Assembly (NCBI GenBank): GCA_951406725.2 | Contig: OX597822.1 | Span: forward strand, 113,088,001-113,152,000 | Direction: 5' to 3' | Source of the DNA: Octopus vulgaris | Taxonomy: Eukaryota | Length of the DNA stretch: 64,000 nucleotides | In this document: positions 12,865 through 24,354 of the stretch, piece after piece | Position numbering within the stretch: position 1 is the first letter of the stretch | Layout of the letters: each line of letters starts with the position of its first letter | The notes under the pieces: generated by a model | Seen by the model: the letters and a program-made list of their open reading frames with translations, nothing else | The model's database searches: none | Told to the model about the DNA's origin: nothing | Position numbers and translations under genes: made by a program

Positions 12865-13816
12865 TACTAAATAGATTGATTACTTTTTGTATGTTTTGGG
12901 GGTTGCCTGGTCTATGCCTCTATTTGCGAGTTTGTCTGTACCTTGTGTTTGCTGTTTACTTAGATGTTCAGTGATTTTGAACTTTTAACATTTCGATTAT
13001 TGTTTCAGCAAAAATTTCTATCCTTTCTACGTATATGAAATTCTCATATATATATAACAAACACACCCGCGCATGAACAAAGAAACAATCACACACAAAC
13101 ACGCTCATAAGCTAATATTTTATAATGGTAGGGAATTTATGATTGGGGCCAGGTAGTGATGGTGGTGGAATATTTGCTACTTCATTCATATTTCTGTTGC
13201 GTTCATTCCCTGTTTCAAATATGCATATCGCATACTTTATTAAGCGGATATGTGGCTGAATTTTACCACATAGCTATTTATGAAACCTTCCTCTTTCCCA
13301 TTTGCACTGATCTAGGTACTGACCTAGGTTTCTTTTTTCTTTAGAGTTATGCCTTCCATGCATTTCCCATATTATTCTTCATTTCTAATTTTACAATCTG
13401 TTTTTGAATTCCTCTACCACATTATACAGTTATTATTTCCACAGGGAGTCTTTTCAAAAGGGTATACCTTTCTTATCTCTTATCTAATAAATCTCTTTGA
13501 CGTTTCAGCTACTTCGATTTTATGTTTCCTTTATCTCAGTTTATAACTATTCTGAATTCATTAACAAGCTCACCTGGATTCTTATAGGAATTTTGTGTTT
13601 GTTATTTCTTGAATTTATCTCAACTATTTTCTTAATCGTTATTTCTAATTCATTCGATGACTTCCTCGAACTCATAACCTACCCTATAATGATTTCTAAC
13701 TATTTTTTGGCCCCGTTCTTTATTGTGGCCCTTTCTTCCTTTTTCTTTAGTTATATATACACGCCTACCACCACTATATATGAACATATCTATCTATCAA
13801 TGCGTATATGTGTATG

Positions 13817-13868
<52 letters not shown>

Positions 13869-13871
<3 letters not shown>

Positions 13872-14163
13872 TATTTTATAGAAGGAGCTTCTACAGGACT
13901 AGAACTGTTTCATTCCGATGAAATCTTCAGGAAGCTGGCTCCTAAATACCAACCTAGCCAAAAACGTCCCCCACCACCACCCCATTAAATCTGCCTAAAT
14001 GTATATATACCAGAACTTATTTTGATAGCCAGCTTCCTGAAGATTTCATCGGAATGAAACAGTTCTAGTCCTGTAGAAGCTCCTTCTATAAAATAAATTA
14101 CTTTACTCTGCTATGTATTGAGTACCTTATTTACTGTGGTTAAACCCGACTCAACCCGGGTCC

Positions 14164-14168
<5 letters not shown>
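13869..14168. mobile_element. Fold-back PLE-like element, family P2 (inverted termini plus a one-sided tail) in (TA)n
   Basis: 13870-13940 is the reverse complement of ~14028-14097; contains a CTGAAGA..GAAAC motif; same family as 36114-37998. Confidence 0.7.
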
Positions 14169-14210
<42 letters not shown>

Positions 14211-14216
<6 letters not shown>

Positions 14217-14586
14217 AAATGGAAAGATGAATTATCTTGTTACGGATTATTCAAAAGTTTAACCGATACCTGGGTAGCAAAAATCACAGCAGAAAAAACA
14301 CGGTTGGAGTTATGCCCATAGGGTGTTGCAACCGTGCGTTGGCGCGGATAATTGAAGTTTAATATAATTAGTGAATGGAAGAAATGGAGCTGAACGAAGA
14401 TTCTACAGAATTCCTTTTGTTACATTCTACACATGTTTCAAAGGCCACAAATTTCCAAATTCTGATTGAATAAGGATACCATATTGCAGCTTTCTCTTCA
14501 GGAAAATCCAGGAATTACGATGTCCAAACAAAACAAAGGCGCAGCAAGCAACCCGAACAAGAACGCTCCCTAGGAGCCCATTCACT

Positions 14587-14590
<4 letters not shown>
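14211..14590 (-). mobile_element. PLE pLTR fragment, family P3, between (TA)n tracts
   Basis: Contains the hammerhead at 14425-14504; terminus shared with 53935-54075. Confidence 0.65.
14425..14504 (-). ncRNA. Type I hammerhead ribozyme with extended helix II
   Basis: UUC-CUGAAGA-G-AAAG-CUGCAA...UUGUGG-C-CUUU-GAAA-C(AUGU)G-UA-GAA. Confidence 0.7.
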
Positions 14591-14637
<47 letters not shown>

Positions 14638-14661
14638 TATCTACATACGTACATACATGCT

Positions 14662-14693
<32 letters not shown>

Positions 14694-15217
14694 TACATAC
14701 ATGCGTGCATACATACATACATACATACATACATACATACATACATACATACATACATACATACACTGGTGGATAAACAGATACACAGAGAGGCAGAATG
14801 CTAATCTGAGAAAATTTCAACAAGTTTGCTGAGCTACAGATTCGCAAACATTTAAAGCAGGGTTGCGATATAAAAAATGTCCATTTATAAAAAATATTTC
14901 TTCATTATGTGTCTTAAAAATATAGTTGCTCTGTGTGTGTTTTTCTTTCTTTTAATGTTCGTCCAGAATCCGAGGAAACTGGTCTATGCCGGCCAAATTG
15001 GTCAATATATAGAGTTGAAAGAACTGCTAAATTTATTTGCTGTGAGCGGAGTTAAATATAAACGTATATCGTCTGATATATATATATATATGATATATAT
15101 GATATGCAAAGGAATGGACAAGTAACAGTGCTTGTATGATTGGATGAGAAGCAATAGACTCGAAGTGAACAAAGGTACAATAAAAGAAAATATTAAGCAA
15201 GAGCTTATATGTATGCA

Positions 15218-15256
<39 letters not shown>

Positions 15257-15289
15257 CCATATATCGCCATATATATATATATCGCCAGA

Positions 15290-15497
15290 TCGCCATGATG
15301 ATTCGCTAGCTTCTGCACGCATTTTTTCTCTCCTTGTTTCTCTCCGTGTTTCTTTTCTGTGTATCTTTATGTTGAAGAGCGTAGGCTCGAAACGTAGAAG
15401 ACTTGTTTTATTTATATTCCTGAGCGCCATACTAATACAATTGTTTGTTTATATTCCACCTGCCTTCGTCTTTTGTTTATTTTCATAAAGCTTCCCG

Positions 15498-15500
<3 letters not shown>
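15290..15500 (+). mobile_element. PLE pLTR fragment, family P4, with a degenerate hammerhead (15364-15401)
   Basis: 'gaagagcgtaggctcgaaacgta'; homologous to 55995-56200; followed by (TA)n. Confidence 0.6.
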
Positions 15501-15548
<48 letters not shown>

Positions 15549-15725
15549 GGCTTAGTAAAATAAATTACTTTGCCGCATACTGAACTCATTAGAAATAGCA
15601 GCTAAAAAACTTTTTTAAAACTATTTCTAATACTTAAAGAAAACCTCTCTCATATAGTGTTTGCTCAACTCAACTCACGAAAGTTTGGGGGTAAAGACAT
15701 CAAAAAATCAAATGCAAAGGTTATT

Positions 15726-15777
15726 TGAGAACGTACGTTTCAAGATTAGTCAACACGACACTTCTATCATCAGCTCA
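15726..15777 (-). ncRNA. Type I hammerhead ribozyme (copy 1 of P5)
   Basis: Reverse complement reads UGAG-CUGAUGA-U-AGA..GUC(GUGUU)GAC..UCU-U-GAAA-C(GUAC)G-UU-CUCA. Confidence 0.8.
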
Positions 15778-16284
15778 GAAACTCCTTGGTTTGGATTTGA
15801 AAACACTGAAAGTGAGAGCATACCCTTTCGGCTTCTCATCGCTTTCGAAGATCTGCTCGTAACTAACAGTACCAACAAACTCAAATATGCAAGCGAAGAA
15901 TTTCTGTTCTCCCCTTTCCACCAGCGTGGGTTAAAATCAGCAAACACTATGCTTATTTCGGTAAAATCCGAAGCATTAATTAGAGGGAGATTAATTATAA
16001 TTTCAACAATTGAGGGTAAAATTAATTAATTATTAATCAATTTCACCAAGTGTTCAGTATGCAAAGGGACTATTTAAGGCGAATTCAAATTATTACATTA
16101 TATAAAAGGGCTTAGTAAAATAAATTACTTTGCCGCATACTGAACTCATTAGAAATAGCAGCTAAAAAACTTTTTTAAAACTATTTCTAATACTTAAAGA
16201 AAACCTCTCTCATATAGTGTTTGCTCAACTCAACTCACGAAAGTTTGGGGTAAAGACATCAAAAAATCAAATGCAAAGGTTATT

Positions 16285-16336
16285 TGAGAACGTACGTTTC
16301 AAGATTAGTCAACACGACACTTCTATCATCAGCTCA
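16285..16336 (-). ncRNA. Type I hammerhead ribozyme (copy 2 of P5)
   Basis: Same sequence as copy 1. Confidence 0.8.
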
Positions 16337-16956
16337 GAAACTCCTTGGTTTGGATTTGAAAACACTGAAAGTGAGAGCATACCCTTTCGGCTTCTCATCG
16401 CTTTCGAAGATCTGCTCGTAACTAACAGTGCCAACAAACTCAAATATGCAAGCGAAGAATTTCTGTTCTCCCCTTTCCACCAGCGTGGGTTAAAATCAGC
16501 GTGGGTTGAGCAAACACTATATGAGAGAGGTTTTCTTTAAGTATTAGAAATAGTTTTAAAAAAGTTTTTTAGCTGCTATTTCTAATGAGTTCAGTATGCG
16601 GCAAAGTAATTTATTTTACTAAGCCCTTTTATATAATGTAATAATTTGAATTCGCCTTAAATGGTCCCTTTGCATACTGAACACTTGGTGAAATTGATTA
16701 ATAATTAATTAATTTTACCCTCAATTGCTGAAATTATAATCAATCTCCCTCTAATTAATGCTTCGGATTTTACCGAAATAAGCATAGTGTTTGCTGATTT
16801 TAACCCACGCTGGTGGAAAGGGGAGAACAGAAATTCTTCGCTTGCATATTTGAGTTTGTTGGCACTGTTAGTTACGAGCAGATCTTCGAAAGCGATGAGA
16901 AGCCGAAAGGGTATGCTCTCACTTTCAGTGTTTTCAAATCCAAACCAAGGAGTTTC

Positions 16957-17008
16957 TGAGCTGATGATAGAAGTGTCGTGTTGACTAATCTTGAAACGTA
17001 CGTTCTCA
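16957..17008 (+). ncRNA. Type I hammerhead ribozyme (copy 3 of P5, inverted arm)
   Basis: tgag-ctgatga-tagaagtgtcgtgttgactaatctt-gaaa-c-gtac-g-tt-ctca. Confidence 0.8.
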
Positions 17009-17289
17009 AATAACCTTTGCATTTGATTTTTTGATGTCTTTACCCCCAAACTTTCGTGAGTTGAGTTGAGCAAACACTATATGAGAGAGGTTTTCTTTAA
17101 GTATTAGAAATAGTTTTAAAAAGTTTTTTAGCTGCTATTTCTAATGAGTTCAGTATGCGGCAAAGTAATTTATTTTACTAAGCCCTTTTATATAATGTAA
17201 TAATTTGAATTCGCCTTAAATGGTCCCTTTGCATACTGAACACTTGGTGAAATTGATTAATAATTAATTAATTTTACCCTCAATTGTTG

Positions 17290-17336
<47 letters not shown>

Positions 17337-17614
17337 AACAGCCACAAAAAGTGTTAGAGTTGAGACTACTGGATAAAGTGCAATAGTGCGGAAGTTGAAG
17401 AACAAGGAAGATAGACATGTACGATACATCAAACATGCAAAAATAGAGATTCAGTTATGATTATGGCTTGATGTATTGTACCAATCTACCATCCAGTACA
17501 CAACCTTCCTTACCACTATGTTTTAACCAGTCACCTATATATGTTTATGTGCAAACATGCATTTCTTTCTTTCTTTATCTCCTCTCTCTCTCTCTCTCTC
17601 TCTCCTTGAACATA

Positions 17615-17706
<92 letters not shown>

Positions 17707-17711
17707 ATATA

Positions 17712-19941
17712 TTGGGTTGGCAAGAAAGTAATTTCGTGTTTTCTGTGTGAAATAAAGTCATTGTTTTTCATACAAAGAATGAACTTTGATCAATTATGTA
17801 TTTTCCATTTTGTTTGATGACCTTTGGCCATCTTTCTGGCAACTTCATGATTCCGCGCTCATAGAACTTCTGGTCCTTATCAACCCAACCAAAGACTGAA
17901 GAAAGCACGATTTCAAGTCATCATCATTGTTGAAAGTTTTAGCATTCAAGGAATTTTGCAAACTTCAAAATAAATGGTAATCTGATGGTTCCAGATCAGG
18001 GTTATACGATGGATGTGGCATCACTTCCCAACCCAAGCTCCAATCATTTTTTATGAGTTAGCAAAGTCGTGTGTGGTCTAGCGTTGTCATGGTGGAACAC
18101 AGTTCCTTTACGATTTGCCAATTCTGACCGTTTTTCTTTGACTGCTTCCTCCAGTTTCATTACTTGTCGACAGTAAACATCTGAATTGATCGTTTGGTTC
18201 CTTAGAAGCAGATCAAAAGACACAACACCTTTGTAATCCCACTAAATTGACAGCATGACCTTTTTCTTTATGCAATTCAGTTTTCGATGTGGTTTGTGAA
18301 GGTTTATTACGCTTGGATCATGATCGTTTTCACTTGATGTTATTGTAGACCAAAGGTTCTCAACCCATTTTGGCCAAAAAAACCCTTTTGACCTTTGGAG
18401 TCACAAATGTCCCACCATCCCTAGAAAATATTTTTATTTTTCAATATACTACATATTTTGATATCAGCAGATAATGATTAAAAAATCTAAAGGACGTCGT
18501 TTTACATATGCGCTTGTACGCAGTCGGGAGAACAGATGCACAAATTAAAATGCAAAAAAAAAAAATAAAACGAAATATTGAATTAACAGTTTGATAATTG
18601 CGTTTATTTACACCACGCGACACTTATGAGATCAACATATTGTCTATCGAAAGAATGCTCTTCGGTACAAGTAAATACCGATGAAATCCTTTCAGACCTT
18701 TCCGATTTCCCTTATCAAAACAGCTAGAACTTGTACTACAATCTGACATATATGTTATTGTCACACATACACAAATACATACCTATCAGCCACTTAGAAA
18801 AGCCAGTTTGATCCAAAATTCTAACCACCATTCTTTATATATTTGAACACACACACACAAACACACACACATTCAGCTTTTCGCTTTTATTCTTTACTTT
18901 TTCTCTTTTAATTGTCTGTCACTATTCATCTGTTTTTAGTTTTAGTTTTTGTTTTTGTTTTGGGGGTTTCCCTTTAGTGACACCAGTTACACGTGGTACC
19001 AGAAATTTTCTTGGTGTCGTCAAAGTCGAATAAGTGTTTTTTTTTAAGTTGTGAAAATTTTAAACAAAAAGGCATGGTTTTTTTAAACTGTCGCAGATAT
19101 GTGAAAATATGGCTACTACTCGTTAATTTCAAATTAATCTTACCAAAGACGACAGCCTTCCAGCGCCCCTCTAACATCCTCAAGTCTCTTAACGCCCCTC
19201 TAATGCCACTTTGCTCCAACCCCACCCTTGCGCTCCAAATGCCCCTCGGGGGCCATATGGTTCCCGTTGAGAACCTTTGTTGTAGACAATCCATTTTTGA
19301 TCACCAATGATGATTCGTTTAAAAAAGGTCGATTTCATTGCGTTTGAGATGCATATCGCAAATATTGATTCGTTGTGTTAAGTGAATCTCTTTCAATTTA
19401 TGTGGAACCCAAATATCGAACCCAAATATCGAGCTTCTTAACGAGTCCAAGACATTTTAACTGATTTTCAATTGTTGCGTGTGATACATTTAACTTCTCG
19501 GCAATCTCTCACACGGTTATATGACAATCAGATTCAATTATGGCTTTGATTCGGTCATCACCAACTTCAGTAGGTCCACGAGAACGTTAGTCCTCTTGGA
19601 GTGAAAAATCTCCAGAATGGAATATTTTGAACCATTTCTCCCATGTGCGTTTTGTTAAGCAATCAAGATCATAAGCTTTACATATCTTTGTGAGCCTCAG
19701 CACCTTTCTTGCCATTGCAGGAATAAAAAATCAAAATATGGCAAAAATATTCGTTTTGAACTCCATGTTAAAATTGACACTGAACTAACAGCTGTAAACA
19801 AAATTACGCGCAATTTGCATCTAAAGTAAGCTAAAAGTAACGGCTATCAAATGTCAAAAGGAAAAAATCATAACATTGACAAAAGTCATTCACAAAAATC
19901 ATAACTCTGTGTAAACCAAAATTACTTTCTTGCTAAGCCAA
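17712..19941 (-). mobile_element. Decayed mariner transposon interrupted by a hAT-type insertion
   Basis: TIRs 'ttgggttggcaagaaagtaattt' and 'aaattactttcttgctaagccaa' with TA flanks; minus-strand 'PHPSYNPDLEPSDYHLF' matches the mariner YSPDLAP motif. Confidence 0.9.
18351..19279. mobile_element. Non-autonomous hAT (Charlie-like) element nested in the mariner
   Basis: TIRs caaaggttctcaac / gttgagaacctttg; perfect 8-bp TSD TTGTAGAC at 18343-18350 and 19280-19287. Confidence 0.9.
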
Positions 19942-20526
19942 TATATATATATATATATAAACACACACACACACATAAAAAATTCTGTCAAAGTCAGTGT
20001 ATATGAAAACTAATACCTTTCTAGTATTGTTCACTCCTTATTCTCTTGATGAAGACGATGTGTGTATGCATAATTTTATATACACGTTACCCCAAGAAAC
20101 TTACCCAGGGAAAACTATACAGAATTATATCTTAGTGAATGCACTTCAATTTGCTTATTCGGTTTAGAGTCTTATTTATTCATATATTATGCCTCCAGAA
20201 AATGAATTATTTTTCTGTTTCATTGAGCTCTTTTCTAAACTCTTGCACGAAGACGTTTTCCTGAATTTAACTATAACTGTATAAATGTTTCATTCCGGAG
20301 GTTGGTCACTTACAACTTATAGAATTTTGACAATTTTGACAATTCAAGTTACAGAATGTTGACAGGTGATATGTCAATTATCTCTCATTTCCAATTATTT
20401 TCAATAGATTTCAGCAGCTTTAAAAGTTGTGACAACGCCGGCGTATAGATGAAAATGGTAATATTCTTATACTGATCATACTGATCACTCTATCATTTTA
20501 TGTTAAATGCAAGGTGTGTACATGTA

Positions 20527-20593
<67 letters not shown>

Positions 20594-20594
<1 letters not shown>

Positions 20595-21485
20595 GGCGAC
20601 GGCCTGGCAGAGTCGTTAGCATGCCGGGAGAAATGCTTAGCGGGCATTTTACCCGTCTTTACGTTCTAAGTTCAACTGCCACCGAGGCCGACTTTACCTT
20701 TTATCCTTTCGAGGTCGATAAAATAAATACCAGTTGAACACTGGTGTCGATCTAATCGGTTTATACCCTCCCTAGAATTTGCTTGCCTTGTGCCAGCATT
20801 TGAAACTGTTACTATTACTATTACTTGAAATTTCGCAATTAGTTTCGAGCGATTGCCATCTTCAGGCGAGAACTGATACAATCTGGTTTGGTTTTCGTTT
20901 ATTGATTGACTGTTGCGTTTGTGTTTTTTCATTGGCTATTTTCTGTGTCCTAGCGTTTACTAATATGGTTTTCTTGTTATTTTTAGCCATGAACTATAGT
21001 TTACTATTGTATCGTTTACAGTCGGGTTCACCACGAAGTTGAATACTAATTATCATTGTCGGAGACATATGGTGGCCTTTGACAGGAAGTGTATTGTCCT
21101 CTCTTGTAACAATATATCAACACTATAATGAATCATCATCATCATTATTATTATCATTATTAGGTTTTTTCGTTGACATAAATAAGCACATCTAGCAAAC
21201 CCCATACATATTCCACAGTTATTCTGTAAACTATTACACGGTCAGAAATTTATAGAAAACCATGCAATATAGAATTTCTTTCGGTATAAATGTGTTGGAT
21301 TCATTTTGGTCTACATTTTCTTATATAAATTCAAATTATTGTAGACCTCGACAAAATTCATAACTGAACGTGATCGCTACTACAATAATATGAACCATAG
21401 TTCATATTGCCAGTAACCTTTCATATCTCAACATATTTCTATATTATCTTGTATACTATAAATTTCTAGTTTTATATTCTTCTTT
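20594..21485 (+). repeat. ~900-bp duplicated segment, copy 1 (SINE-C head, hammerhead-like PLE piece, unique AT-rich DNA)
   Basis: Colinear with 33911-34830 throughout, with scattered substitutions. Confidence 0.9.
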
Positions 21486-22552
21486 GTAATTTATGATATT
21501 TAAAAAATTGGTTTCACATTATTTAATGCCAATGGAAAAGTCATGACTCTAATAACATTCTATTTGTCATCTACAAAACTAAAGCTTTAATTTCATCAAA
21601 GAAGTTAGTAAGTTCAACGTTGCTAGTTAAATATATTACTAATTATTTCCTGATACGATGATCCAGCTTGATCTTAACGCGATGGATGAAAGGAACTAAA
21701 AATCTAAAACACCTAAAGTTGGTCATAAGAGTATATTTTCTTATATTTTAGGCCCTTCAGTTCAGATAGTTTCAGGAGAATCTTTGATGGATATGATAAT
21801 TTAAAACCAGTGGTAATTCTTTGAAACAACCCCTGATATGTTATCAACATGCAGGTAAATATATTGTTATGTTTTGTAATTTAGATTTTTATGTTTGTTT
21901 TGGCTCGAGTGTATTTCGCTGTCCATTAGCGAAAAAACAAGTGAAATTGCATTAGGTTTTTATGTAAATGCTACAATTCTCATGAGAGGCGGTTGTTTCT
22001 CTTCGAAGCATATCCGCCACTGATCGTAGTCGTTTGCCTCCAACAAATGTATGCAGCTGAATCTACATATATCCAGCAATGAGAAAATCACATGTACAAC
22101 TATACGCTCATGTTGCAAAATATAGAAAAGCCAGATGGACTGACTTTCCCATTTTTTTCGACTCTCGCTGGTATCGTCATTTATAAATCTTTACTTCTGT
22201 AATATGGCAACATGTCATATGATCAGTTTGCTAGCGTTCTCTGATGATCTCTACGACTTAACACCTGGTTATCGCATATGGAATAGAATCAGAGAAAGCA
22301 AGTGATTTCCTCATTTAAGAAAAAAAAAAAAAACTCGTGGGTAGAAATAAAATTAAATAATAAAGTTTTATAACACATTTAATATTTCTTTTTTATGTAT
22401 TATAAGGAATTCGAAACGACTTATAATAAGTGCATTTTATCAGCAGGTATTCAAAGATCTTAGAAATGATGGGGTCATCTGTCGTTTACAAAAATTTCAA
22501 AAACTAAATCAAACAGATGCACATATATACGATTATGAAATACATAAGAACA

Positions 22553-22607
<55 letters not shown>

Positions 22608-22988
22608 CTTCCCTTGTATATATATGTGTATATGTGTATGTATGCTTTGCATGTTATGTAAGTATGCATGCATGTATGTATGTGTGTGTATGAATGTGTG
22701 TATATAGATATGTGTGTATGCATGCATGTATACAAGCACTCGCATTAGGAAAAACAATATACTTCTCACGGCTTCATAAATGCTTGTACACTATACGCTT
22801 GTGTATATGTTTGTGTATGTATGCATACGTGTATAACTGTATGCCCAGGATATGGAACATGAAACAGTAAGGAATCGTCAATATGGAATTGATATCATTG
22901 GATACATGTATATACATTCACACGTATATATAATTGCTTGTATGTATATGCGTGTATGTAACGGTGCGTGAATGGGCGGATACATACA

Positions 22989-23053
<65 letters not shown>

Positions 23054-23158
23054 ACATACATACATACATATATGGATGGGTATATGTATATATATATATA
23101 TACATATATACCATATATATATACATATGTGTGTATGTACGCCTGTATGTATGTGTGT

Positions 23159-23194
<36 letters not shown>

Positions 23195-23533
23195 GTGTAC
23201 ACTCACGCATAAATATACTCACATATAGTAAGAGAAGTTACATAGACCACTACGGATTAAATATTGAAATATGTGTGCAATAAAGTTTGTCTACGCATAG
23301 TCTTAGGCATATGTGAACACGCGAACAAATAGGTATGGGTATATGATGTATACGTACATATATATAAATATCTATAATATGCATGAATATATATATATAT
23401 ATATGCATGTTATGTATATGAACAGATATATATATATATAAATATCGATCGTTTGTAGAAAACGTAAATCCGAAAAAAACACACGCTAAGATGTAGAGTA
23501 GTATATATTTAAAATGAGGACGGCCAGTTTATG

Positions 23534-23592
23534 GGATTACCTCAGATTTCCCGTCCATTAAGGGTTTTGCTTTATGGCGTATCGTCAGACCC
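23534..23592 (-). ncRNA. Type I hammerhead ribozyme in the left pLTR
   Basis: GGGU-CUGACGA-UA-CG-CCAU..AUGG-A-CG-G-GAAA-U(CUGAG)G-UA-AUCC. Confidence 0.65.
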
Positions 23593-24238
23593 AAAAAACC
23601 CGTTGGCCCATAAAAACTTTGCGTCAAACTCTAAATGCCGCATGATCAATTCGGCCAAATCCGTGATCGATCTGGCGAGCAAGCACATATTGAGAGATAT
23701 CAATAACGACATAAGGAGGGCCACCAACCTTTCTCTCTGGTGCAACATCAACGAAGTGACCGCATGGTTTAACACCAACAAAGGAAGAGGCAGAGCAAGG
23801 TTCGCCCAGTTTGATATACTCGACTTCTACCCGTCTGTATCAAAAGGACAACTGGCCAAGGCGCTTTCTTTCGCTAGGGACTTTACTAACATTAGCGACA
23901 GAGATCTAGAAGTTATTATGCATGCCAGAAAGACAGTGCTGTTCAACAAAGGTTCGGCATGGGTCAAGCAATCCAACCACACGGGCTCCTTTGATGTCGC
24001 GGATGGTACAGCCTCGATACCCTTAGAAAAAGTTCCCCCTCTGTCTTCTTTGACCTCTACAGAGATGACACTCAACGGGGTGCAAGCGAGCATACATTAG
24101 ACAGGCTTAGAAAATATCTAATAAGCCCGCTTGCCTCCATGGGACTGAAAATCACCATAGAGACCAACCTCACAACCGCGTAGTAGGCAGGCATTTCCCC
24201 CTCCATATTTTTAAGTGGTCATGGGCCAACAGATTTTT

Positions 24239-24299
24239 GGGATTTGACGACACGCCATAAAGCTAAACCCGTTATGGACGGGAAACCTAAGGTAATCCC
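24239..24299 (+). ncRNA. Type I hammerhead motif in the right pLTR (C3->U core change)
   Basis: GGGAU-UUGACGA-..CCAUAA..UUAUGG..-GAAA-CC(UAA)GG-UA-AUCCC. Confidence 0.6.
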
Positions 24300-24354
24300 A
24301 TAAACTAGCCCACCCCATTTTTAAAGATGCAAGGCTCCATCTTTAGAACGTAGT

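Larger units (their letters stand above)
15541..17296. repeat. Tandem-plus-inverted array of a ~560-bp hammerhead-containing unit (family P5)
   Basis: Unit starts at 15541 and 16101, flips orientation at ~16501, then continues as reverse complement to ~17296; (TA)n on both sides. Confidence 0.95.
23448..24350 (+). mobile_element. Internally deleted Penelope-like element: RT fragment between inverted hammerhead-bearing pLTRs (family P6)
   Basis: ORF 23531-24100 'KCRMINSAKS..W.NINEVTAWF..FAQFDILDFYPSVS..IMHARKTVLF..WVK..FDV' is typical PLE RT; 23510-23610 is inverted relative to 24220-24325. Confidence 0.88.

Noticed and set aside
13497-13988. 163-aa hydrophobic 'membrane protein' ORF
   Set aside because: T-rich antisense of probable decayed LINE sequence running into (TA)n
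14031-14070. Active hammerhead in family P2 termini
   Set aside because: CTGAAGA and GAAAC are present but no adjacent helix I could be formed; kept only as a relic
15661-17073. 122-aa ORFs in the 560-bp repeat
   Set aside because: One copy is frameshifted, starts are non-ATG and no domain is recognisable; the conserved feature is the RNA motif
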